12,065 nt of DNA from contig JBIOXB010000066.1 of NCBI GenBank assembly GCA_044869275.1, positions 1 to 12,065 of the forward strand. The letters run 5' to 3'. A program made the translations under genes and the position numbers. The stretch comes from a bacterium (GTDB taxonomy: Bacteria > Zhuqueibacterota > Zhuqueibacteria > Zhuqueibacterales > Zhuqueibacteraceae). Each line of letters starts with the position of its first letter. Within the stretch, counting starts at the first letter, position 1. Shown here piece by piece: positions 1-7,291 of the stretch. The notes beneath the pieces were generated by a model. It saw nothing but the letters and a program-made list of their open reading frames with translations. It did not search any database and was not told where the DNA came from.

Positions 1-127
1 GAAGCACGTGGTATGAGCCACGAGCCTCGTGCCATCCCTCCCGACCCCAACACCCTGCGGGTTGTTGGGATCGGGGGAACTACCAAGAGGATCCAAGAAA
101 AGTGTCAACTATTTTCAGGACGTGTCA
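1..127. mobile_element. Probable end of an IS3-family insertion sequence (terminal inverted repeat about 100-127; the element extends off the left edge)
   Basis: The reverse complement of 100-127 is TGACACGTCCTGAAAATAGTTGACACTT. It starts with 5'-TG and resembles IS3-type ends (TGA....CC...AATAGTnGACAC, recalled from memory). A GC-rich hairpin lies just inside at 35-78. The transposase and the partner IR are not in the window. Confidence 0.55.
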
Positions 128-130
128 AGA

Positions 131-203
131 ATTACCTATTACGCATTACGTGTTACGTATCACGTTTCAAGGCTTGTGTAACGCGTAATACGTGAGGCGT
201 AAA
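131..203. repeat. Palindromic heptamer array (ATTACGY x5, then the inverted unit x4)
   Basis: ATTACCT ATTACGC ATTACGT GTTACGT ATCACGT (131-165), a 10-nt spacer, then GTGTAAC GCGTAAT ACGTGAG GCGTAAA (176-203), which are approximate reverse complements. Confidence 0.8.
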
Positions 204-205
204 GA

Positions 206-748
206 TCACAGCCCCAGCGTCCGTTTGATTCTTCTGATTTGGTTCAAATGAAGAATGTCATGGCCGGCGGTCATTTGGACCATTTTGCGAATGCTCTCCA
301 CGCCGCGTTCGCTGTGCACGCCGGCCCGTTCGAATTGTTGCTCATCCAGAGAACGAAGCAAATTAAGATTGATTCTTCTGAGCACACGCAATTGCTCGAG
401 GGCCTCCGCCGTGTCCACCTCATTGTATTTCAGCCGGCTGGCCCACGCATCCTGATCGTAGCCCTGAATTTCCGGCGAATCGTGCGCCAGAATCATGCGC
501 ATGCGAAATCCGGCAACCATGTCGGTATCCGCGAGATGCTGCAGCACCTGCAAAATCGACCACTTGCCCGGCCGCTCGGGCAGGCGCAGCATTTCATCGC
601 GCACGCCCGTCACTTCTTGTTGAATGAGCGAAAATTGTTCGCTTTGAACCTGGAGCGGATCGCGATCGCCGAGCAACCCCAGCAGCGCTCGGACGTATCC
701 CTCGGCCGCCTCTTTGGCTTGGCCGGCGGAGTTGGTGAAAACGGACAT
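206..748 (-). CDS. DinB/YfiT-like four-helix-bundle protein (putative metal-dependent thiol transferase/hydrolase), 180 aa
   Basis: Motifs PGKWSILQVLQHLAD, GYDQDAW and AGHDILHLNQI carry the His residues typical of the DinB superfamily. Start moved to the ATG at 748 (MSVFTN), which has AAGGA upstream; the longer ORF start lies inside a repeat. Confidence 0.88.
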   Translation of the reverse strand: MSVFTNSAGQAKEAAEGYVRALLGLLGDRDPLQVQSEQFSLIQQEVTGVRDEMLRLPERPGKWSILQVLQHLADTDMVAGFRMRMILAHDSPEIQGYDQDAWASRLKYNEVDTAEALEQLRVLRRINLNLLRSLDEQQFERAGVHSERGVESIRKMVQMTAGHDILHLNQIRRIKRTLGL

Positions 749-811
749 GGCTTCAATCCTTATGGTATTGGTCGTTGCGCAATGATCAGACTGAGTGAAA
801 ACGTGGGAATG

Positions 812-877
812 CCGCACCCTGAGCTTGTCGAAGGGTGCTAAGTTCAAAAAGCAGGCTTCGACAAGCTCAGCCTGCGG
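812..877. repeat. REP-like palindromic element (CTGAGCTTGTCGAAG type)
   Basis: Perfect 15-bp inverted repeat CTGAGCTTGTCGAAG (819-833) / CTTCGACAAGCTCAG (856-870), extended by CCGCA/TGCGG. Confidence 0.85.
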
Positions 878-978
878 TTGTTTTGAATGGTTCTATAAAG
901 ACCGCTCTGGCGCCGATTCGTTTACATAAATTTCCCAGAAATTTGACGGGATTGTCTCACGCATGGAGTGTGCGACCA

Positions 979-2190
979 TCATGCTTCGTCGCGTGTTGCA
1001 GATACTTTCCCGTGGACTGAAACTGCAGGTATGGTATTGAAGCTCGGAGCGCGGGGAGGTTTCTCCAATTGGATATGTTGCGGCTGCTCGTCTTGCAGCA
1101 GCCTGCCTAACGCCGCGTAAACTTGCTCAACTTCGACCCCCGCTGTTTTCCCGCTCTCATCGCGCACCGCGATGAACTTCTCGCCCACCGGCTTCCATTC
1201 CGACGGATCGGTCGGCCCGAAAATGGCGACGAGCGGAACGCCAATGGCAGCGCAGACGTGCATCACGCCGGTATCGTTGCAAATCATGGCGTGGCAATGC
1301 GTGAAGCAGGCGGCCATGGCGCGCAAACCACTTGGCGGGACTTGCATCGGCATGAAATGCACATGCTCGCAGAATTCGCGGCTGAGATCGTTTTCGCTCT
1401 GGCCCCAAAATAATACCATCTGCGCCTGATGATGATCGTGCAGCCGCTGCGCCAATTCAGCAAAACGCGCCACTGGCCAGCGATTCATGATTTTTCCCGC
1501 ACCCACGTGCATGCCGATGCTCAAGTGCCCCTCCTGCCAGCCGGCGTTTTTCAGGATCGCACGCGCCTCCGCCCTTTCCGCTTCGGTGACATGCATGATT
1601 TCGCCAAGCTCATTGGTATCCGCGCCAATGTAGCGCACGATGTCGAGATTACGCTCGCTTTGTGGTTTGCTTCCGTCAGCATAAGGCGCGAGCAGATTGT
1701 AAAAGAAATTGCGTTCACAGCCGGGAAATACGCGATGCTCCGAGCCCAGCACGTATCTTGCTCCGGAAAGCAGCGCGAGCAAGTCGCTGGTCAAGGAATG
1801 GCTGACGGTATTCAATACCACGGTCAAGTCCCAACCGTTACGCAATTGCCGCCAAAGTGCCGATATCCGGGGCGGCGTCCAGCGTCTGCCGCGCTCATAA
1901 AACTGCAGAATTTCGTCGACAAAGGGATGCGACTCAACCGTGCCGGTAAAATACTCCCGCACCAAAACGCCGATATGCGCCTGCGGGAAGCGCTCGCGCA
2001 GTGCGCGCAAGACCGGCGTGGAAAGCAAAAAATCGCCCAACATGTCGTGCTGTCGGATAACGAGAATGCGGGTGATGGCGGCATGATCAACTTGCGCCGG
2101 CGCCAACACCCTTTTGCCGAGAATTCTTTCCAGCCCACGTAAGAAATTGCGCTTGAAGAATTGTTCTATGCGATACCAATGCTGCTGCAT
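979..2190 (-). CDS. Glycosyltransferase family 9 protein (ADP-heptose:LPS heptosyltransferase-like), 403 aa
   Basis: N-terminal RILVIRQHDMLGDFLLSTPVLRALRERFP, middle K..RWP..RFAEL, and C-terminal ICNDTGVMHVCAAIGVPLVAIFGPTDP..WKP are GT9 signatures. Start at ATG 2190 with AAGG upstream. Confidence 0.92.
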   Translation of the reverse strand: MQQHWYRIEQFFKRNFLRGLERILGKRVLAPAQVDHAAITRILVIRQHDMLGDFLLSTPVLRALRERFPQAHIGVLVREYFTGTVESHPFVDEILQFYERGRRWTPPRISALWRQLRNGWDLTVVLNTVSHSLTSDLLALLSGARYVLGSEHRVFPGCERNFFYNLLAPYADGSKPQSERNLDIVRYIGADTNELGEIMHVTEAERAEARAILKNAGWQEGHLSIGMHVGAGKIMNRWPVARFAELAQRLHDHHQAQMVLFWGQSENDLSREFCEHVHFMPMQVPPSGLRAMAACFTHCHAMICNDTGVMHVCAAIGVPLVAIFGPTDPSEWKPVGEKFIAVRDESGKTAGVEVEQVYAALGRLLQDEQPQHIQLEKPPRAPSFNTIPAVSVHGKVSATRDEA

Positions 2191-2228
2191 GGATTGCCTT
2201 ATGAAAACCAAGAACATTTTCTCTTTTT

Positions 2229-2261
2229 TTACACGTTACACGGGTATCGTGTAACGTGTAA
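2229..2261. repeat. Perfect 14-bp hairpin built from TTACACG heptamers
   Basis: TTACACGTTACACG (2229-2242), loop GGTAT, CGTGTAACGTGTAA (2248-2261). Confidence 0.85.
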
Positions 2262-2293
2262 TGCGCATAAACGGATTTGCGCTGAGCGTATAC

Positions 2294-4477
2294 TCACAGA
2301 TTCTCCACAAAGAATTTCGTCATCATCATATGCAAATGCAAATCCGTATTCCCGCCGGACAAGCGATGATTGCGGCCGTGATAGTACATCACTTCGAATT
2401 GTTTGTTGAGGTCTTGCAGCGCATTCTGCAATTGCACGGTGTTTTGCATGTGCACGTTGTCATCGGCCATGCCGTGCACGAGCAAGAGCCTGCCCTGCAG
2501 GCGATCGCAATGCGTCATGGCGGAAGTGGATTTGTATCCCGCCGCATTTTGTTGCGGCAAGCCCATGTAGCGTTCGGTCCAGATGGAATCATACAACTGA
2601 AAGTCCGTAACCGGTGCGCGCGCGATGCCGGCTTTGAAATGCGGCGCGCCTTTGGTCATCGCCATGCAAGTCAAATAACCACCGCCACTGTGGCCCCAAA
2701 TGCCGATGCGACTGCCATCAACATAGGGCAGGCTCGCGAGATATTTCGCACCTTCGACTTGATCGTGTGTCGACCACTTGCCGAGATCGCCATAAACGAA
2801 GTTTTTGAATTTTTTGCCTTGCCCTCCGGTGCCGCGACTGTCGATGCAGAAAATAATGAAACCCTTTTCCGTCATCAAGCTATGCCAGAGATAACGATCC
2901 CCTTCCCAGCGATTGACCACGTGCTGCGCACCCGGACCGCTGTAGCAAAACATGATGACCGGATATTTCTTGGTCGAATCAAAATTCGCCGGTTTCATCA
3001 TCCAGGCATTGAGCGGCGTGCCATTGTCGCTGGTTTTGACCTGCAAGAATCTCGGCGCCACAAGCGCATACGGGGAAGCAATATCATCATTTTTCTCCAA
3101 CCAGCGCACGAGATTGCCATCGCTTTTGCGCAAGCTGATTTGCGGCGGGGTTTTGGCATCCGAAAATGTACCGATCACATGCTTGAAATATGGCGAGAAA
3201 TTTGGGACGTGCCAGCCCGGCCGTTGACTCAAACGCTCGAATTTCTTGCCGTCGAGGCTGGCGCGATAAACGTTTTGATCGACCACACCATCCATTTTAC
3301 CAGTCGCGTAAAGCCAGCCCGCATTCTCATCCAGCCCGTGCAATGCGGACAATTCCCACTCCCCCTTTGTGAGTGCATGCAGCAAGCGGCCGTTGTAATC
3401 GAACAAATACGCATGCAAATAGCCGCTGCGCTCCGAAGTCCAAACAAACTGTTCTTTCTTCTGGAGAAAAAAGAGATCGTCGCTTACGTCCACCCAGCAG
3501 GGATCGCTTTCACTGAGCACGACGCGCGTGGCGCCGGTTTGCACCTCGGCAAACATCAATTCGAGCTTGTTCTGCAAACGATTGAGGCGCTGAACTGAAA
3601 GAATGCCAGGATTGGGGGTCCATTGGATGCGCGGGATGTAGATGTCCGTCTCTTCGCCCAAATCCATCCCCTGTGTTTCGCGCTTGTCCAAATCCCGCAC
3701 GCGAATTTGCACGAGCGCATTTTTCTCACCGGCTTTGGGATATTTCAACCAAAAAACCGACGGGTACATCTCCATCATGTTTTCCAGGGGAAAGGCTTTG
3801 ACCCGGGTTTGATCGAGGCGCCAGAAGGCGATTTTTTTGCTGTCGGGTGACCAGAGCCAGCCATCGGCAATGCTAAATTCTTCCTCATATACCCAATCGA
3901 ATTGTCCATTGATAATGTCGTCGCTGCCGTCGAAGGTGTGCTGAGTTTCCAGCCCGGTGGCCAAATCAACAATAAAAATGTTGTTGTGGCGCACAAAGCC
4001 GGCCTTGCTGCCATCGGGCGAGAATTTGGCATTGCGCTGCATGCCCTCGATGCCGCTGAGAGGGCGCAACACTTTAGAGGTGAGATCATAAATGTAGTAC
4101 TGCGACTCCGTCGAGTGCCGCCAGATTTTTCGTTCGCCGCTGGCGATCAAAAGATGCTTGCCGGTGCTGCTCCATTGATATTTGTCGAGGGAGACCGTTG
4201 TGCCGTTCATGGGCGCGGACAAGCTCGCGTGCGCCAACAACACCGTCTCCTCGCCGCTTGCCAGATTGCGCTTGTAAAGATCGCCGTTCTTCAAATAAGT
4301 GAAGGCCGAACCGTCGGGCAGCCATTGCACTTCGGATAACTTGCGCGGTTCAAGTTCTTTTGAAGCGAAGATAGCCTCCAGGGTCAATGGCTTGTGGGAT
4401 TGCGAGAATACGCAGGAATAAAAGAGTACTAGCAGGCTCCAAGAGAAAAGGTTCGCACGGCGGATTGATGAAAGCAT
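2294..4477 (-). CDS. S9B family peptidase, dipeptidyl-peptidase IV-like, probably exported, 727 aa
   Basis: Hydrophobic N-terminal signal-like segment. The propeller region has NGQFDWVYEEEF and YPKAG; the catalytic domain has YSGPG, GIWGHSGGG (Ser), HGMADDNVH (Asp) and NH (His). GAGGAG SD upstream. Confidence 0.95.
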   Translation of the reverse strand: MLSSIRRANLFSWSLLVLFYSCVFSQSHKPLTLEAIFASKELEPRKLSEVQWLPDGSAFTYLKNGDLYKRNLASGEETVLLAHASLSAPMNGTTVSLDKYQWSSTGKHLLIASGERKIWRHSTESQYYIYDLTSKVLRPLSGIEGMQRNAKFSPDGSKAGFVRHNNIFIVDLATGLETQHTFDGSDDIINGQFDWVYEEEFSIADGWLWSPDSKKIAFWRLDQTRVKAFPLENMMEMYPSVFWLKYPKAGEKNALVQIRVRDLDKRETQGMDLGEETDIYIPRIQWTPNPGILSVQRLNRLQNKLELMFAEVQTGATRVVLSESDPCWVDVSDDLFFLQKKEQFVWTSERSGYLHAYLFDYNGRLLHALTKGEWELSALHGLDENAGWLYATGKMDGVVDQNVYRASLDGKKFERLSQRPGWHVPNFSPYFKHVIGTFSDAKTPPQISLRKSDGNLVRWLEKNDDIASPYALVAPRFLQVKTSDNGTPLNAWMMKPANFDSTKKYPVIMFCYSGPGAQHVVNRWEGDRYLWHSLMTEKGFIIFCIDSRGTGGQGKKFKNFVYGDLGKWSTHDQVEGAKYLASLPYVDGSRIGIWGHSGGGYLTCMAMTKGAPHFKAGIARAPVTDFQLYDSIWTERYMGLPQQNAAGYKSTSAMTHCDRLQGRLLLVHGMADDNVHMQNTVQLQNALQDLNKQFEVMYYHGRNHRLSGGNTDLHLHMMMTKFFVENL

Positions 4478-4569
4478 AATGCTCCTCTCTTTGTCAAATT
4501 CTTATGTCGAGTCTACAACGTCAACAGCCCAAAGTAATGGTTTGCGGGAGTGAAAACTCCAAAAAAACG

Positions 4570-4624
4570 CACGCAAAGATTGCGCAAAGATTCTCTTTGC
4601 GATTCTTTGCGTAATCTCTGCGTG
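4570..4624. repeat. Palindromic CGCAAAGA-unit repeat
   Basis: CACGCAAAGATTGCGCAAAGA (4570-4590) and TCTTTGCGTAATCTCTGCGTG (4604-4624) are 19/21 complementary, with an extra TCTTTGCG unit in the loop. Confidence 0.8.
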
Positions 4625-4655
4625 AGAGTTATTCTCCTGGTGCCATCTTCTGAAG

Positions 4656-4683
4656 ATTATAGCGAAAAACAGCAAATAACCAA
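4656..4683 (-). promoter_or_regulatory. Possible sigma70-type promoter for the peptidase gene
   Basis: Minus strand TTGGTT (4683-4678), 16 nt, then a perfect TATAAT (4661-4656). The -35 is weak. Confidence 0.4.
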
Positions 4684-4948
4684 GCTCGCATCCGCTTCGA
4701 CTCTCACCTCGAGAGCGTCGCAATTGATGTTATGAAATTGAATTGCAGCGAAGCGTTACGAAATTCATAAGCTTTGCCCATGCTTTGTTTGGTTCGTTTC
4801 GCTAGTGTCTGGAATCTCTCCCAATCCTGTTGCGCCTGGCGCAGCTCACGCTCCGGCACTCGGCCTTCTTTGTCGCAATGTATTTTGGACGCTTTGTGGA
4901 AATCAGCGCCTGCTGCTTGCCTTTATATCATCGCTATTTTTAGGAACT

Positions 4949-5012
4949 TTGTCAACTTAACACTTACTTCTGTTGACAATATTTGCACTTTTTTGTAAAT
5001 TGTGTTTACAAT
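4949..5012 (+). promoter_or_regulatory. Sigma70-type promoter overlapped by two inverted repeats (candidate operators)
   Basis: TTGACA (4973-4978)-17-TAAATT (4996-5001), or alternatively TTGCAC (4983-4988)-18-TACAAT (5007-5012). Inverted repeats are TTGTCAAC/GTTGACAA (4949-4956/4972-4979) and TTGTAAA/TTTACAA (4993-4999/5005-5011). Confidence 0.65.
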
Positions 5013-5035
5013 ACAGAAAAGAATGGTTGATAAAT

Positions 5036-6094
5036 ATGATGAAAAAGAAGCGCACAAACGAAATAAGAAAGTTCATTCTCGATGCGATAGCTCGGTCTGC
5101 TCCCAATGTTGCTAATTTGGTAGCGAAAGAATTTGGCATGTCACGGCAAGCTGTGAATCGACATTTAACTTCTATGCTCAACGAAGGAATCCTGATTGCA
5201 AAAGGAGCTACTCGCAATCGAGAATATTCCCTCAAACCATTTGTTTCCCAACGATTCGAGTTTGACCTCCCGGATGAGCAGCTGAAAGATGTAATGCACG
5301 GCTCACACGACGAAGATAGAGCCTGGTCCAGAATATTACGCCCCCTATTCAATGACCTTTCAGAAAATGTTCTGAGGATTTGCCAATATGGTTTTACAGA
5401 AATGCTCAACAACGTTTTCGATCATTCCGAAGCAACTAAAGCTATCATAGAGGTCGAACATAATGCCGCTCGGATTGATTTAACGATCATTGACAATGGC
5501 GTAGGCATTTTCAACAAGATAAAGCATGATTTCGGGCTCGAGGATCATCTGCAAGCAATTCTCGAACTGGCTAAAGGTAAATTAACCACCGATCCGCAAC
5601 GCCATACAGGGGAAGGGATTTTTTTTGCCTCGCGAATGTTTGATCACTTTTACATAGAATCAGGGACATTACGTTTCGTCCATTTTAAAGAAGGTGAGGA
5701 CTGGCTGGTGGAGAAACCGGACAAAGAAAGATCCGGCACTGCCGTGTTTATGACAATCAGTCCGAATTCGAGGAGGACGATCAAAGAAGTCTTCAATGAA
5801 TTTTCGACGGAATTGGATGAATACGGTTTTACGAAAACAAAAGTGCCCGTCGCTCTGGCGAGATATGGAGACGAAAACCTCATTTCCCGCTCACAAGCGA
5901 AGCGATTACTTGCCCGTTTTGAGCGCTTTAAAGAGGTCATTTTAGATTTCTCAAACGTTGAATCCATCGGCCCGGCATTCGCGGATGAAATTTTCAGAGT
6001 GTTTACTCAACAACATCCGAATATAGTATTGCGACATACGAATGCCAGTGAAGAGGTTAGAAAAATGATCGTGCGCGCACAGAGACCGCAGTAG
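5036..6094 (+). CDS. HTH + GHKL (HATPase_c) ATPase + STAS-like (DUF4325-type) fusion protein, about 352 aa
   Basis: N-terminal wHTH-like VAKEFGMSRQAVNRHLTSML. GHKL boxes EMLNNVFDHS, IIDNGVG, GEGIFF and GT. C-terminal SRSQAKRLL...VILDFSNVESIGPAFADEIF. Start placed at ATG 5036 (or 5039) because the ORF-track TTG start at 4973 is the -35 box. Confidence 0.85.
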   Translation: MMKKKRTNEIRKFILDAIARSAPNVANLVAKEFGMSRQAVNRHLTSMLNEGILIAKGATRNREYSLKPFVSQRFEFDLPDEQLKDVMHGSHDEDRAWSRILRPLFNDLSENVLRICQYGFTEMLNNVFDHSEATKAIIEVEHNAARIDLTIIDNGVGIFNKIKHDFGLEDHLQAILELAKGKLTTDPQRHTGEGIFFASRMFDHFYIESGTLRFVHFKEGEDWLVEKPDKERSGTAVFMTISPNSRRTIKEVFNEFSTELDEYGFTKTKVPVALARYGDENLISRSQAKRLLARFERFKEVILDFSNVESIGPAFADEIFRVFTQQHPNIVLRHTNASEEVRKMIVRAQRPQ

Positions 6095-6245
6095 CACCTT
6101 ATTCAGTGTTCGAAGGCAAACGGCCGATTCCATTCCTTCTCAGAAATGCCAAATGGGACTGCACTGGCGAAAAATCATGTCATAGGGTTCATCTTAAAGA
6201 TTGGATGGGCTGCAACCAAAACCGAACCACCGCTGGCGAAGTGCC

Positions 6246-7271
6246 TCACCGTCCGTTGGCGGCCCCTCGCCCGGTCTCATGAACCACCATTTGGGTTGGG
6301 ACGATAATCTTCTCTCTCTTCCGTTGCGAGCTGCCCAATTGTGCAATGAGCAAATTGACGGCTTGTCTGCCCATTTCTTTGGCATCGAGATGCGTTGCGG
6401 TCAAAGGAGGGTTCATGTGGGAGTTGTATGCGCTGTCTCCAAACGAAATGAGGTCGATATCGTTCGGTATGGTGAGTCCCAGTTCGTGAATGGCGCTCAT
6501 GGCGCCGAGCGCCGCGGCAAAGCTGACGGTGCAAATGATTTGAGGAAGCGTCCCGCGGTCTTTGAGCTTCATCAAGCCGGCATAGCCATCACTTTGGTCG
6601 AATCCGCCTTCGATGATCCAATCCGGATTGAGCGGAATTTTCCGATCCGCCAGAGCCCGTTCAAAACCACGGCGCCGTTCGCGGCCGATGTAAATATTGG
6701 AATAGCCGGCGAGATGGCCGATCTTGGTATAGCCATTGTCGATCGCGAACGAAACGAGTTGGTAGCACCCTTCTTCGTCGTCGCAGACGACGCTGCTGCA
6801 GCACACGCTCTCGATGACACGATCGAAAAAAACCAGCTTTTTGTTCTTGGAGAGAATGGCTTCGAAGGGCGAGGTGTCCGTGGTTTTTTCCGTCACTGAA
6901 ATCAAAAAACCGTCCACTTGCAGTCCCAGCAAGGTGCTGATGTGATGCGCTTCCAGCGTCGCGTCTTCGCCGGACACCATCATGAAGATATCGTAGCCTT
7001 GACGATGAGCTTCATCGTAAATGGCTTCAATCGCCTCTGAGAAAAATGGATGGGCGACCTTGGGGACGACCAGCCCAATTGTGCGTTTCTGGCGGGAAGA
7101 CAATTTGCGCGCAATGAGATTTGGCGTGTAGCCCATTCGCTTTGCGATCTTGTGGATTTCGGCCTTGGTCACCGGGCTGACGTGAGGATGATCGCTCAAG
7201 GCCATGGACACGGTGCTCACCGAGGTGCTGGCTGCGATCGCGATTTGTTTGAGGGTTACTGGTTTTGACAT
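6246..7271 (-). CDS. LacI-family transcriptional regulator, 341 aa
   Basis: VTLKQIAIAASTSVSTVSMAL HTH, GYTPNLIARKL hinge, TIGLVVP, VFFDR, GLTIPNDIDLISFGD and PPLT sugar-binding domain motifs. ATG at 7271 lies 20 nt after the manD stop. Confidence 0.95.
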   Translation of the reverse strand: MSKPVTLKQIAIAASTSVSTVSMALSDHPHVSPVTKAEIHKIAKRMGYTPNLIARKLSSRQKRTIGLVVPKVAHPFFSEAIEAIYDEAHRQGYDIFMMVSGEDATLEAHHISTLLGLQVDGFLISVTEKTTDTSPFEAILSKNKKLVFFDRVIESVCCSSVVCDDEEGCYQLVSFAIDNGYTKIGHLAGYSNIYIGRERRRGFERALADRKIPLNPDWIIEGGFDQSDGYAGLMKLKDRGTLPQIICTVSFAAALGAMSAIHELGLTIPNDIDLISFGDSAYNSHMNPPLTATHLDAKEMGRQAVNLLIAQLGSSQRKREKIIVPTQMVVHETGRGAANGR

Positions 7272-7291
7272 ATCGGCTCGAAGAATGAATT

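Noticed and set aside
35..78. GC-rich hairpin as a ncRNA or group II intron end
   Set aside because: No domain V, SRP, tmRNA or RNase P signature was recognised. It is better explained as IS subterminal structure.
13..195. 60-aa ORF at the left edge
   Set aside because: It runs through the hairpin, the IS-like IR and the heptamer array. At most it is the read-through tail of an upstream transposase frame, which cannot be supported from this window.
131..203. CRISPR array or Ter/iteron interpretation of the short repeats
   Set aside because: The units are 7 nt and contiguous with no unique spacers, and there are no cas or rep genes in the window.
2224..2261. Hairpin as a rho-independent terminator for the peptidase gene
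   Set aside because: The T-run lies 5' of the stem on the plus strand, so the minus-strand transcript has an A-run, not a U-run, after the stem.
2261..3598. 445-aa plus-strand ORF
   Set aside because: It is antisense to the well-supported S9 peptidase and has no recognisable motifs, so it is a shadow ORF. The same applies to 239-841, 1429-2142, 6201-6899, 8843-9382, 9398-10093, 4957-5412 and 11380-11703.
4952..4962. TCAACTTAACA shared with the MITE right TIR (10969-10979)
   Set aside because: Only 11 bp in AT-rich DNA, with no partner TIR found nearby. It is compatible with chance, though worth revisiting if the MITE family is defined.
6095..6245. Bidirectional terminator between the convergent fusion gene and lacI
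   Set aside because: No convincing stem with a U-tract was found on either strand.
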